In this document: positions 1-9,883 of the stretch, piece after piece
How the letters are laid out: each line of letters starts with the position of its first letter
How positions within the stretch are numbered: the stretch's first letter is position 1
Assembly (NCBI GenBank): GCA_963664175.2
Contig: CAXXOI010000005.1
Coordinates: 6,542 to 70,541 of the forward strand
Reading direction: 5' to 3'
DNA: 64,000 nucleotides
Source of the DNA: Dehalococcoidia bacterium
Lineage (GTDB): Bacteria > Chloroflexota > Dehalococcoidia > Lucifugimonadales > UBA3495
Made by a program: the position numbers and the translations under genes
Notes under the pieces: model-generated
Told to the model about the DNA's origin: nothing
Databases searched by the model: none
What the model saw: only the letters and a program-made list of their open reading frames with translations

Positions 1-524
1 GCGGGCGCCAGGCCGACAGAGGTCAGAATCTCTCGCACTCTCTGGACCCGGTCCATTACGCTGCCCAATCCCTGCACCGACAGGGGCTCGGATACGATGT
101 CGTAGATCGTGCGGCGGGGATTCATGGATTCGTAGGGGTCCTGGAATATCATCTGCGCTCTGCGACGGAAATCCTTCAGCGGCTTGCCCCGGAGCAGGGA
201 TGGGTCTACCGTCGAACTGCTAGCGTCGGCAGCTCCGTCGTTGGCGAAGCTAAACTGTATGCTGCCGTCGTCGGGCTCGATCAGCTTCACCAGCAGCTTG
301 CCAATGGTGGTCTTGCCGCAGCCTGATTCTCCAACCACTCCCAGGCTCTCTCCCCGATGCAGTTGAAATGAGACGTCGTCCACTGCGTGAATGAAACTCG
401 ACGGCCTACGGAACAGGTTCTTGGAAACGGCGAATCGCTTCGTCATGCCACGGACCTCCAACAGCGGCCCCGTCGCAAGCTCTGCGTCGTTCGGTTCCTG
501 CGGCAACGTCACTTGCTCGCTCAC
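1..524 (-). CDS. peptide ABC transporter ATP-binding protein (OppF/DppF-like); C-terminus runs off the window
   Basis: Absent from the ORF track because there is no stop inside the window. Own minus-strand translation from GTG at 524 gives ...LLEVRGMTKRFAV...HRGESLGVVGESGCGKTTIGKLLVKLIEPDDG... (Walker A). The GTG overlaps the upstream stop (GTGA, 521-524). Last gene of the opp-like operon. Confidence 0.85.
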   Translation of the reverse strand, partial: MSEQVTLPQEPNDAELATGPLLEVRGMTKRFAVSKNLFRRPSSFIHAVDDVSFQLHRGESLGVVGESGCGKTTIGKLLVKLIEPDDGSIQFSFANDGAADASSSTVDPSLLRGKPLKDFRRRAQMIFQDPYESMNPRRTIYDIVSEPLSVQGLGSVMDRVQRVREILTSVGLAP

Positions 525-1576
525 GGCGTCGACCCGCTCGGGGCGGCTGCCGAGTCGACGGGATGCCAGCATGCTGCCCAGTGGTTTCCGCGATTCACCC
601 TGGGAGGCACCTCTGTTCGGCAGATATCCGTCGAAGCGGGACACCTGGGATGGAATGGGCAACCGGATGGTGGAGAAACGAGGTCCGGAGGCTCTCCGCC
701 GAGTACCGCAAGGGGTTTTTTCTCCCCCATCAGAGTCGGGAATGAGGAAACGAGGGCCGCAGTGTAGTGGTGTAGCGGGGACGCCAACACCTCTGTGGTG
801 GCACCCAATTCCACCAGACGCCCCGCGTACATCACGGCCACCGAATTGGTCACCTCCGCGATGACGGCGATGTCGTGGCTGATGTAAATCACTGCGAGGT
901 CAGTCTCAGTCTGTATGGCCTTCAGCTCCCTGAGGATTCTGTCCTGCATGATGACGTCCAGGGCCGTGGTGGGTTCGTCGGCGATGATCACGTCAGGGTC
1001 GCAGGAGAGGGCCATGGCGATGACCGCCCGCTGGCGCATGCCGCCGCTGAACTCGTGGGGATACCGGTCCATCAACTGCGGATCCAGCCCGACCTTGCGA
1101 AACAGGTCCGCAACTTTCTCCCTGGCACCGGACTCCGTGCGTTTGAGGCGCCAAGGCGCACGTTCGCTCCGCACACTCTGTGGCGCCGGAGAGAAATGGG
1201 CGTGCGCCTCCATCGCCTCCGTTATCTGGTCTCCAACGCGGTACACGGGGTCCAGGACGTTCATCGCTGCCTGAAACACCATGGCGATGCGGTTCCAGCG
1301 GAAATGACGTAGTGTCTCCTCGGGCATGCCAAGCAGGTCTTGTCCGCCCAGCACGACCTGTCCGTTCGACACAAGTGCATTGTCCGGCAGCAGGCCCATG
1401 AGGCAGTTGGCGATCGACGACTTGCCGCACCCTGACTCGCCGACCAGCCCAAGGGAATGGCCTCGGGCCAGGCGGAAGCTGACGTCCTGAACGGCTTTGA
1501 CCTCTCCCTGTCGAATCTGATAGGACAGGGAAAGGTCTTTCACCTCGAGGACCGCGTCAGACGGCATTTGTTCCAC
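521..1576 (-). CDS. peptide ABC transporter ATP-binding protein (OppD/DppD-like)
   Basis: Walker A GESGCGKSS, signature FSGGMRQR, Walker B IIADEPTTALD, and a C-terminal oligopeptide-transporter tail (GCPFHPRCP). Confidence 0.9.
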   Translation of the reverse strand: MEQMPSDAVLEVKDLSLSYQIRQGEVKAVQDVSFRLARGHSLGLVGESGCGKSSIANCLMGLLPDNALVSNGQVVLGGQDLLGMPEETLRHFRWNRIAMVFQAAMNVLDPVYRVGDQITEAMEAHAHFSPAPQSVRSERAPWRLKRTESGAREKVADLFRKVGLDPQLMDRYPHEFSGGMRQRAVIAMALSCDPDVIIADEPTTALDVIMQDRILRELKAIQTETDLAVIYISHDIAVIAEVTNSVAVMYAGRLVELGATTEVLASPLHHYTAALVSSFPTLMGEKKPLAVLGGEPPDLVSPPSGCPFHPRCPASTDICRTEVPPRVNRGNHWAACWHPVDSAAAPSGSTP

Positions 1577-1594
1577 CTTTCAACAACATGCCGA

Positions 1595-2587
1595 TCAATT
1601 GCTCCTTCGTCGCAGCCTGGGATTCACCACTTCGTCAAGGGCGCGCCCTGCCAGGTAGAACGCGCTGCACAGGAAGGTTATGGAGGCTCCTGCAGGAACG
1701 ATGAGCCACCAGTACTTGGTCCCGCCCAGCAGATAGCCTCCAGTATTGGCCGTATGGATCATGATCCCCCAGCTCATTCGCAGGTCCAGCAGGCCCAGGA
1801 AGGACAGCACCGCCTCGGCGAAAATGGCGTTGGTGACCGTGAACATCATATAGAGCAACGAAAGGGGAAGCAGGTGCGGGACGATATGGGCAAAGATGAT
1901 GTGGAGATGGCCGCCACCGGCGACGCGGGCCGCCTCGATGAACGGCTTGACGCTGACGGTGAGCGCCTGTGACTTGAGGATGATGGCCGTGCCGCCAAAT
2001 CCTCCCAGCAATCCGATAATCAAAGCAATGTAAAACAGGTTCAGGTTGAACAGGGCGCTGAGCACAATGAGCAGGGAGATCGATGGCAGGGCAATGACCA
2101 AGTCGGCCAGGCGCATGAAGAATGCGTCCAGCAGTCCGCCGAAGTAGGCCGAAACAGCCCCCACGACGGTGGCTATCCCTACTGTAACGAGGGCGGCGGT
2201 TATGCCGAGCACGAACTCGGACCTGGTGCTGTACAGCAGCTGGCTGAGCACGTCGCGGCCCAGTGGATCCGTTCCCAGCGGGTGCTTCCAGCTCGGAGGG
2301 GCGGGTTGTTCCACCTGGTCAAATGAATAGCCGGTGACCGGGTCGTAAGTGGCAGGGTCCCAGATCGTAGCCATCAGAATGGGATGCGAAACAGCCATCA
2401 GGGCGAAGACCGCGATAATCAGGAGCGACACCACGCCCAGACGGCTCTCCACGAAAATGTTCCAGCCTTGTCTGAGGGAACGGGCCGCCAGGACCAGCCG
2501 GTTCAGCAGGAACCCGGCCCGTCCCCATCCGGAGTCGTCGTCTGTGAATTCCGGCGGCAGGGTGGTCATTTGCCGGCGGGAAATCAC
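1595..2587 (-). CDS. peptide ABC transporter permease (OppC/DppC-like)
   Basis: Multi-TM protein with typical binding-protein-dependent permease layout. 4-nt overlap with the upstream permease stop. The start could instead be the ATG at 2569. Confidence 0.88.
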   Translation of the reverse strand: MISRRQMTTLPPEFTDDDSGWGRAGFLLNRLVLAARSLRQGWNIFVESRLGVVSLLIIAVFALMAVSHPILMATIWDPATYDPVTGYSFDQVEQPAPPSWKHPLGTDPLGRDVLSQLLYSTRSEFVLGITAALVTVGIATVVGAVSAYFGGLLDAFFMRLADLVIALPSISLLIVLSALFNLNLFYIALIIGLLGGFGGTAIILKSQALTVSVKPFIEAARVAGGGHLHIIFAHIVPHLLPLSLLYMMFTVTNAIFAEAVLSFLGLLDLRMSWGIMIHTANTGGYLLGGTKYWWLIVPAGASITFLCSAFYLAGRALDEVVNPRLRRRSN

Positions 2588-3735
2588 TGGTACCGGATCC
2601 TCGGGTCAAGCATCACGTAGAGGACATCCACTGCGGCGTGGGCAAGCAGGGAAAGCAGCCCGATGAACAGCATGGACCCCATGACCAGCGGGAGGTCCTC
2701 GCTGCGGACAGCCTGCAACAGCGTCAAACCGGTGCCAGGCCAGGAGAATATGCCCTCGATTATCACGCTGCCATCTATTGCAAAAATCAGGCTGTAGACC
2801 AGGCTTGTCACCACCGGCAACAGGGCGTTGCGGGCGGCATGGTGGTCTCGTATCTGCTTTTCCGGCAGCCCCTTTGCCCGGGCGGCCATGACGTAGTCCT
2901 CCCGAATGGTTTCCAGCATGCTGTTTCGGGTAAGGAGCATGGTGCCTGCAAATGAGATGAGCGTCAGGGTCGCTACGGGTAGGACCATATGCTTGAGTAT
3001 GTCCAGTGCCAGGGCTCCCATGCCAGAGAGAGCCCAGGCCAAAATGATAACCAGTACGCCCAAGGCCATTACCGGTACAGCGTAGAACAAGGGAACGCGG
3101 CGTCCGAATTTTCTCAGCAGCAGTACGAAGACCAAAACGAAGGCAAAGAATGCGGCTGCGGAGACCAGCATGTTGCCAAAAACGTAGTTGGCGCTGACAT
3201 CGGCTCCTCGCCACACCAGGGGGTCGAGAAATTTCCCGACAGGAAACCAGCCAAGCTTGAAGGCAAACACCCAGATCATCATCAGCGCGAACGCAGGCGT
3301 GAATGCCGTGAACAGCGTGGCGCCGGAAATGGTTGCCGCGTATTCGAACAGGCCCCCACGCCGCCAGGCGATGGCTTTCCCGAGGAAGAAGCCAATGTAG
3401 AAAGAAATGGTCGTCGCGGTGAGGAACAGCATCAACGTGCGGGGCACCCTTTCACCGATGACGTCCAGGACAGGGCGAGGGAAGTGCCCGAACGAAACCC
3501 CGAAATTGCCGGTGAAGGTGTTCTTGAGGTGGATCAGGTACTGCTGCCACAGCGGCTTGTCCAGGCCGAAAGCCGCCCGCATTTTATCCTTGACGTCGGG
3601 CGGCAGGTCGGGGTTTAGAACATAGAACGAGGCGTAGTCCCCGGGCTGAGCGTTAACGAGGAAGAAGGTCAGCGTGATAATCAGGAACAGCGTGAGGGCC
3701 ATTTGCCCGACGCGTCGTAGAATGTAGCCTGTCAT
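2584..3735 (-). CDS. peptide ABC transporter permease (OppB/DppB-like)
   Basis: Starts MTGYILRRVGQMALTLF..., the canonical OppB/DppB N-terminus. The track ORF is extended 18 nt upstream; ATG at 3735 is preferred. Confidence 0.88.
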   Translation of the reverse strand: MTGYILRRVGQMALTLFLIITLTFFLVNAQPGDYASFYVLNPDLPPDVKDKMRAAFGLDKPLWQQYLIHLKNTFTGNFGVSFGHFPRPVLDVIGERVPRTLMLFLTATTISFYIGFFLGKAIAWRRGGLFEYAATISGATLFTAFTPAFALMMIWVFAFKLGWFPVGKFLDPLVWRGADVSANYVFGNMLVSAAAFFAFVLVFVLLLRKFGRRVPLFYAVPVMALGVLVIILAWALSGMGALALDILKHMVLPVATLTLISFAGTMLLTRNSMLETIREDYVMAARAKGLPEKQIRDHHAARNALLPVVTSLVYSLIFAIDGSVIIEGIFSWPGTGLTLLQAVRSEDLPLVMGSMLFIGLLSLLAHAAVDVLYVMLDPRIRYQ

Positions 3736-3990
3736 GCGCGCCCACCTGCGCATGATTTGGAACGCTTACCTGAACGTGAGCAAATGCCCTGATTCGCCAT
3801 CCCTGTGGTGCAAGAGAAGACCAACGTCGAGGAGGGGCTACATCCATAGCAATCCGGCCGCACTAGCCTTTCCTCCCTACCCTGAATCTGCCCCCTCGGA
3901 CCCGGAGCGATATATCAGGCGGCACCCAATTTCGAGATGATCACAACGAACGTGGTTTCCCCGTTCATCCCTCGACGCAAGCCGGTACCA

Positions 3991-5943
3991 TCACTTGAAA
4001 TTTACCAAGGTGGGCATGCCTGAAACGCTCTGGAGTCCTCCCCAAGTCTTGGTGTACGGGAACTCGATCCTCTCACTGCGGTACGTTTCGATGATGGGAG
4101 TGTCGAACAGCACCACGTAAGGTAAATCTTCCGCTACGAAAGCCTGCATCTCGAACACCTGTCGCCGGGCCTCCTCCAGGTCGGTTTCGGCAAGTAACTG
4201 GTCCGCGAGGGCGTCGAACTCCGGATTGTCGTATCCACCAGCATTGTATCCCTCAAGTTCGGAATACCGGCTGTGAAAGAACGACTCCAGGTAGTCGGGG
4301 AACGGGTTCAGACCCCATCCCAGAATCCACATGTCAAAGTCCTGCTGGTTGAACACCCGGTCTACTATAACGTTGAATCCGGTGAGGTTGGCTCGCAGCG
4401 GAATGCCGACTTCGTTCAACCATCTCTCGATCCAGATTGCGAAAGTGGAGCGAAGGGGATCATAGCCCGGGCTGGGGGCCAGCACCTCCATGGACGGAAC
4501 CGGCTGGCCGTCGGGCATGGTCAGGCCTTCGCCCTGCTGCTCTACGAACTGCCCATCCTCGCTCAGACGCGGTTCGGTTTCCCAAGTGAATCCGGCATTT
4601 TTGAGGAGGTCAACGGCGCCTTGAATTCTCTCGGCCCTGGTCATGCCCATGCCGATGAGCGGGACATCGGGGTTGTACCACGCTCCGTTGCCCTCGGGCA
4701 CCATCGTATACATTGGAATGGCTACTCCCTGCAGCACGGTGTCCACGAGGAATTCCTTGTCAATTAACGTGGCCACTGCCTGCCGGAAGGCCTTATTGTC
4801 CATCGGAGCCTTGCGGAAGTTGAACCCCAGGTACCGCACTCCATCCGACGCGTTTTCGATTGTGGTGAGACCGCCCTCACTCTGCAGCTGCTCCTGAAGT
4901 CCCGACGAGAGCCCCAATGGGTTCAGCATGAAGTCTATGTCGCCTTTCTTGAGCGCTAGGACGGCGGCGTCCTGGCTGCCGTAGATCGAATAGATCGTAC
5001 TCTCTGCGTACGGGCCCTCCGTGTACTCCAGTTGCGGTTGTCCGCTGGGCTCGCCGTAAGCCGAGAACTCGTAGGCCCCTGGCTTGGAGGCAAAGTATGC
5101 CCCATCGGAATACTGCGCAATGCTGGCGCCCGCAAAATAGTACTCCGAATTGCTGGACTTCTCAGCGAAGGCGCCCCGCTCCCATTGATCGAAGATGTAG
5201 CCGCCAGCGCTCGGCTCGCCCTCCGGAGCGTGGGCGAAGAGTGCCTTTTGCTGCTCCGTGAGCTCCCCTGCCTGCCGGGCATCCTCTACCACTGGCTCCC
5301 AATACGACTTGGAGAAAATGGGCATGAATGCAAGCCCGAACTGCCAGCGAGCGAGCCCGGGCTTCTCCTTGAAGTAGATCGTGAGGGAATAAGGGCCGTC
5401 TGCCTCGGCCCGCTCGAAATATTTCGGGTCCACGATAGAAGGCCAGTTGCCGGTTAGCTGCATGTCGACGGCGGTGTGCGCGGTAAACACGAAGTCCTCA
5501 GCGGTTACCTCGTTCCCGTCGCTCCATTGCACTCCCTCCTTCAGCTGCACCTGGGTTTTCCAGAGCGTTTGATTGCCCTCAGTTACTTCCTCCAGGGGCT
5601 TCGGAAAGTCTGCGGCCAGCGAAGGAATCCAGTCGTATCGCTGTGCGGAGTAGCCGTACAGGGCAGGTTTTCCGCCTCCCAGCACGTATCCGTTCCACAC
5701 CGTGCCGTCGGGACCGAGGTAGGCCCAGTGATTGGTGGTGGTGAGGTCTTCCGCGATGCCTATCTTGAATATCCTGGGTTCGCTGGAGGTTTGCTCCCCT
5801 TCTTCTTGAACCTGCCCCGTTGCTGGAGCGACTGTCTCCGTCGGCCCTGGAGCAGGGGTAATCACAACTTCCCTAACGACTTCGCCTGAACACGCCGTCA
5901 GGGCGACAACCAAGAACAGTCCCAGAATGAATCGCAATCCCAT
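3991..5943 (-). CDS. ABC transporter substrate-binding lipoprotein, family 5 (peptide/nickel type)
   Basis: Signal peptide with lipobox LTAC. The 650-aa size and operon position upstream of the permeases and ATPases fit this family. Confidence 0.88.
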   Translation of the reverse strand: MGLRFILGLFLVVALTACSGEVVREVVITPAPGPTETVAPATGQVQEEGEQTSSEPRIFKIGIAEDLTTTNHWAYLGPDGTVWNGYVLGGGKPALYGYSAQRYDWIPSLAADFPKPLEEVTEGNQTLWKTQVQLKEGVQWSDGNEVTAEDFVFTAHTAVDMQLTGNWPSIVDPKYFERAEADGPYSLTIYFKEKPGLARWQFGLAFMPIFSKSYWEPVVEDARQAGELTEQQKALFAHAPEGEPSAGGYIFDQWERGAFAEKSSNSEYYFAGASIAQYSDGAYFASKPGAYEFSAYGEPSGQPQLEYTEGPYAESTIYSIYGSQDAAVLALKKGDIDFMLNPLGLSSGLQEQLQSEGGLTTIENASDGVRYLGFNFRKAPMDNKAFRQAVATLIDKEFLVDTVLQGVAIPMYTMVPEGNGAWYNPDVPLIGMGMTRAERIQGAVDLLKNAGFTWETEPRLSEDGQFVEQQGEGLTMPDGQPVPSMEVLAPSPGYDPLRSTFAIWIERWLNEVGIPLRANLTGFNVIVDRVFNQQDFDMWILGWGLNPFPDYLESFFHSRYSELEGYNAGGYDNPEFDALADQLLAETDLEEARRQVFEMQAFVAEDLPYVVLFDTPIIETYRSERIEFPYTKTWGGLQSVSGMPTLVNFK

Positions 5944-6418
5944 ACAACGCGCTGCCCTGTACTGAATAGATAGAAAAGTACCTGCAAAAATAGCAGGGCA
6001 CAGGGGCCTTATACAAGCACCCTTCGTCCCCGGTACTCGCAGAAAATAGCAGTATTACCGTGGCTGCTCGTGAACAGTGAGGTTGACCACGATGGCTGAC
6101 AAAGCAGGGGCCCTGGGAAATGAGCCTCTCCCGCATTGGAGATGAATTCCCCAGGGCAAGGAGATCTCAGCTTTCGGTCACTTGCGAATTGGATAAAGGT
6201 CAGCCCGGGCTTCCCAATTCACTCACCCAGTGCTCGTAGCCAAGGGCTGGGGCGGTCCGCAACAGTGAGAGGAAGATCCAGGGGTAGCAAGCGGCGGCCG
6301 CGGCCCGTTCAGCCTGCACGGCTGCCGCCTCCGGATGTATCTAACGCAATCGGCGAAGTGGACGGTGGGAGCAGTCTGAAATCCTGGGAATCTCTTGACG
6401 AGGAACTCGCCCTGACGG

Positions 6419-7114
6419 CTAATCCTCCGGTACCCTTGGGGCGACGTCATACCGGTCGTCGGTTAGCAGCCCGTTTCTCACAGCCCAGAGAACCATTTCC
6501 TGTTTCGACCGGACGCCTATCTTGTTCTGAATGCCGTAAATGGCATTCCTGATGGTGACGGTTTGATTCCCCCTGAGCTTGGCGATATCTGCGTAAGATC
6601 TGCCAGATGCGAATAACATGAGAATCTGCTTTTCCCGGTCCGTCAATCGCTCGAGAACTGAGGTGTCTGCCATTTGAGGAATGGTGCGCATCCCGGCGAA
6701 TAATCTTCGCATAACCTCCTGTGGTATACGATATTCGCCATCGGCCACATCCCGTATCGTGTCGATCAATTTCTGGGAACCTGACAATTTCCTGAGGTAG
6801 CCGGTCGCTCCAGCATAAATCGCCTCCAGAACTTTGTCCTCTTCGCTGGAGGCGGTAAGCATCAATACACGGGCTTCCGGCAGCGATTCCTTGATTTCCC
6901 GACAGATTTCGATTCCGTCCCTTCCGGACAGAATTACGTCCATTACGATTACGTCAGGCTCCAACTCGTGCGCAAGCGCAATTGCCCCGTCGCCGTGTAG
7001 GGCTGAACCCACAACTTCCAGGTCATCAGTCCCTTCCAGCAGCCTCTGGAGACCGTCAAGCATGATCTGATGGTCATCAACCAGCAACACCTTCACCACA
7101 CGATTATCACGCAA
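6419..7114 (-). CDS. NarL/FixJ-family response regulator (receiver + LuxR-type HTH)
   Basis: Receiver motifs VLLVDDH and DVIVMDVILSG. C-terminal LuxR HTH: LTDREKQILMLFASGRSYADIAKLRGNQTVTIRNAIYGIQNKIGV. The start is uncertain (TTG 7114 or a nearby GTG). Confidence 0.9.
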   Translation of the reverse strand: MRDNRVVKVLLVDDHQIMLDGLQRLLEGTDDLEVVGSALHGDGAIALAHELEPDVIVMDVILSGRDGIEICREIKESLPEARVLMLTASSEEDKVLEAIYAGATGYLRKLSGSQKLIDTIRDVADGEYRIPQEVMRRLFAGMRTIPQMADTSVLERLTDREKQILMLFASGRSYADIAKLRGNQTVTIRNAIYGIQNKIGVRSKQEMVLWAVRNGLLTDDRYDVAPRVPED

Positions 7115-7115
7115 T

Positions 7116-8408
7116 TCATCGACCTCCTTGTTTCAGGGCGTTTGGTAACCAGCAAGTGACCAAAGTTCCCGGTTCCGACCGGTCCGATGATACTTCCAGT
7201 CGCCCGCCCAATTGCTCTGCGCTATCGAGCATGCTGAGAATCCCCACGCCGCGGGCGCTGTAATCATCCGGCAGCCCGACGCCGTTGTCCATGACGGAAA
7301 GACTGATACCCTTGGTACCAAATTCGAGCGATATCGATACATCAGTGGCCTGTGAATGTCGCACGACATTGGTAAGACTGTTATGAATTATAGAGAAAAT
7401 AAGTCCCTTTGTGCCGGGAGAGAGAGGTGGTTCTTCCCCTTCCAAAGTCAAATGGACTGGTATGGAGGTGAGGTCCGTAAATGTGACCAGATGAGACCTC
7501 AGTACTGATCCCAGTTCGTTGTCCCGGAACAATTGACCACCTTCGAGGGGGGCCTGTATCTCCCACAAGATGGTTTGGGCCAATGAGTGAGTCGCATCCA
7601 GGCTGTTGATCAGGGCCTGATTCGACTGGTTTGCGAGTCGCCTGGCCGTTTCGATCCCGACGCTGAGCATATACGTAGTCTGTGCCACCGTGTCGTGTAT
7701 TGTGCGGGAGAGCTCGATTCGTTCTCTCTGAAGTTCCAGGGCCTGTGCTACGGCATCCCTGCGGCGAATTCTCTCGTACCGGGCCACGAGGTTTACGCAC
7801 GCGATCACGACAAACATTGCAAGAATTCTGACCAGGAGCGTCGTCTCCTGGTCTCCGTCCAGCGAGTAGTTTGGAACGCTCTGTATCGAAATCCCTGCAT
7901 ACACCAGGGAAACTATGACTCCGCAGGTGAGGCAAGCAGCAAATGAGGAAAACATGACACTGAACAATGCCAGAGCAGGGTAATACAGAACATAATGCCC
8001 GTTGAAGAAACCGTCGCTGTTCCAAAGTCCCCATGAAATCCCGATCAGGTCCGCCACGCTGAGAGCCAGGGCACATTGCCAACTTACTGACTTGCCTCGA
8101 CGCAATCTGTAGTGAACGAAGGCGTTGAAAAATAGTACGGCCAAACCCAGCAAGTTGTTGGGAATGTATGAAGGAGCATCCAGGTCGGGACGGTAGTTAT
8201 TGACCGCAAGCCATCCAATAACTGCCACCCAACGCACCCAGACGGTAATTTGCAGATCATACCTGCGGTCGTTGGTGCTACTCCACTCAGAATCCCGGAA
8301 CAGAGACCTGAGGAGCGACATCAAAGTAGGTGCCAAAAATTGTTCCTGGTGTCCCGCCGTGCGGAACTCGATGGATTGGATACCCCCAAGCACTGACGTT
8401 TCCCGCAC
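7116..8408 (-). CDS. membrane sensor histidine kinase (HisKA_3 / NarX-type)
   Basis: Hydrophobic multi-TM N-terminal half. H-box LSRTIHDTVAQT and HATPase_c motifs (NSLTNVVRHS, DNGVGLP, GVGILSM). Sits directly upstream of the cognate regulator. Exact start uncertain. Confidence 0.85.
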   Translation of the reverse strand: MRETSVLGGIQSIEFRTAGHQEQFLAPTLMSLLRSLFRDSEWSSTNDRRYDLQITVWVRWVAVIGWLAVNNYRPDLDAPSYIPNNLLGLAVLFFNAFVHYRLRRGKSVSWQCALALSVADLIGISWGLWNSDGFFNGHYVLYYPALALFSVMFSSFAACLTCGVIVSLVYAGISIQSVPNYSLDGDQETTLLVRILAMFVVIACVNLVARYERIRRRDAVAQALELQRERIELSRTIHDTVAQTTYMLSVGIETARRLANQSNQALINSLDATHSLAQTILWEIQAPLEGGQLFRDNELGSVLRSHLVTFTDLTSIPVHLTLEGEEPPLSPGTKGLIFSIIHNSLTNVVRHSQATDVSISLEFGTKGISLSVMDNGVGLPDDYSARGVGILSMLDSAEQLGGRLEVSSDRSEPGTLVTCWLPNALKQGGR

Positions 8409-9134
8409 AGCATAGCGTGTAATCCGTAATCGTCAAGGTAAAATTATACCTGTAGTGTCAAAGGTACCAATAGGCTGTTTCGAGAGTCATTGGCATCCAG
8501 AGTAGTTTTCCCGTGGCTTTCGCTCGACGGCACTCCGCTAAAGGCGTCGAACTGACTGGCTCCGCGCCAGAGTTTGTGAGCCGTAGGTGATTTGGCATTT
8601 TTCATGTGGAATCTGATGCTTGGTGAAAGTATGATTCCATTTCTTGCCTTGTCATGATTCCGGTGCGTGAGCGGGCGAGTTGCTAAAAACAGGATGGATT
8701 TGACAGTTTTGACCGGGCGAAATACTAATGCTAGATAGTTCAAATGGTATCTATAATCCAAAACTATTGAACCAAAACTATTGTCAAATCTTGATTCGCT
8801 CGTAACTGATTGCATTTCCTCATAAGCCTATTTGGCATTGACTGCATCAAAGCTGCTGGTCCCGAAGAACTAGGTCAAGTAAAAAGATCGGATACCACGT
8901 GGGTCATAATTGCCCCGGTCCTCGTAGCTCGGTCCAAATGCAGCGGGTACGGACCGCTGGTTTCCCTCTGTCGAAGCCAAAACGCTCGTGAGTCGAGGCA
9001 TGCCGTACATCGTCGAATGCCAAACTAGGGCGAATCGACAATTCGTGAAAGCTTGAGTTAGGCGCACAGGCAATGTATCTGGGCCAAGGTGGTAGGGTGT
9101 AAGTCTGAATCAGCCGTGTGGTGGAGGCAAGGGG

Positions 9135-9503
9135 ATGGGTCAGTACGAGCTCAGCGCATCCCAGTGGCAACGGATAGAGGATTTTCTCCCTGGACGCCCA
9201 GGGCACGTGGGGGTGACCGCCAAGGACAACCGGAGTTTTGTAAACGGCGTTCTCTGGGTACTACGCAGCGGCGCACAGTGGAAGTACTTGCCTGAGGAAT
9301 ACGGCAACTGGAAGAGCGTCCACAAGCGCTTCACCCGCTGGGCCAAGTCCGGTATCTGGCAGAGGATATTCGAGGTACTGCTTGAGGACAAAGACAACAG
9401 CTACGTGATGATCGATTCCACCATTGTCCGGGTTCACCAACAGGCAGCGGGTGGAAAAGGGGGAACAAGGATCAGGCTCTTGGGCGCTCCCGTGGCGGAC
9501 TGA
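9135..9503 (+). CDS. IS5-family transposase OrfA
   Basis: MGQYELSASQWQRIEDFLPGRPGHVGVTAKDN...WKSVHKRFTRWAKSGIW is the typical N-terminal part of IS5/IS427-group transposases. Confidence 0.88.
   Translation: MGQYELSASQWQRIEDFLPGRPGHVGVTAKDNRSFVNGVLWVLRSGAQWKYLPEEYGNWKSVHKRFTRWAKSGIWQRIFEVLLEDKDNSYVMIDSTIVRVHQQAAGGKGGTRIRLLGAPVAD
9454..9460 (+). promoter_or_regulatory. candidate programmed -1 ribosomal frameshift site (G AAA AGG, A-AAA-G type)
   Basis: The slippery run lies exactly where the OrfA frame and the -1 OrfB frame overlap. OrfA stops 41 nt downstream. Confidence 0.6.
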
Positions 9504-9883
9504 GCACCAAGATTCACATGGTGTGCGATGCACAGGGACGTCCGATACGATTCGCCCTGACCGGCGGTCAGGCGTCGGACGGCCCCCAAGCCATACCACT
9601 GCTGGAGGGGATAGAAACCGGTGCAGTGATAGCCGACAAGGGCTACGAGAGCAACAGGATACTGGCTTTCATAAGCTCATCGGGCGCTACTGCAGTAATC
9701 CCGCCCAAGTCAAACCGGAAAGAGCCATGGAAATACGACAGGGAACTCTACAGTGAACGCAACCTGATAGAGCGGGCATTCAACAAACTGAAACACTGGC
9801 GCCGCATAGCCACCCGGTATGACCGCAGGAGCGTCTACTTTCTCTCAGCGCTCTACCTGGTCTCCTCTGTCATCTGGGGCTAA
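9455..9883 (+). CDS. IS5-family transposase OrfB (DDE part), reached by -1 frameshift from OrfA
   Basis: The -1 frame is open from 9455 and reads KRGNKDQALGRSRGGLSTKIHMVCDAQGRPIRFALTGGQASD...DKGYESN...ERNLIERAFNKLKHWRRIATRYDR, conserved IS5 DDE motifs. The track lists only 9518-9883. Confidence 0.85.
   Translation, partial: KRGNKDQALGRSRGGLSTKIHMVCDAQGRPIRFALTGGQASDGPQAIPLLEGIETGAVIADKGYESNRILAFISSSGATAVIPPKSNRKEPWKYDRELYSERNLIERAFNKLKHWRRIATRYDRRSVYFLSALYLVSSVIWG

Noticed and set aside
6136-6552. A 138-aa ORF in the spacer between the substrate-binding protein gene and the response regulator.
   Set aside because: The translation is Arg/Pro/Ser-rich, it overlaps the 3' end of the response regulator gene on the opposite strand, and it has no start context. 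The region more likely holds the promoter or leader of the opp-like operon.
8444-8815. A 123-aa ORF in the AT-richer block next to IS copy 1.
   Set aside because: No RBS, no recognisable motif and an odd composition. It was treated as non-coding or eroded DNA, not as a gene.
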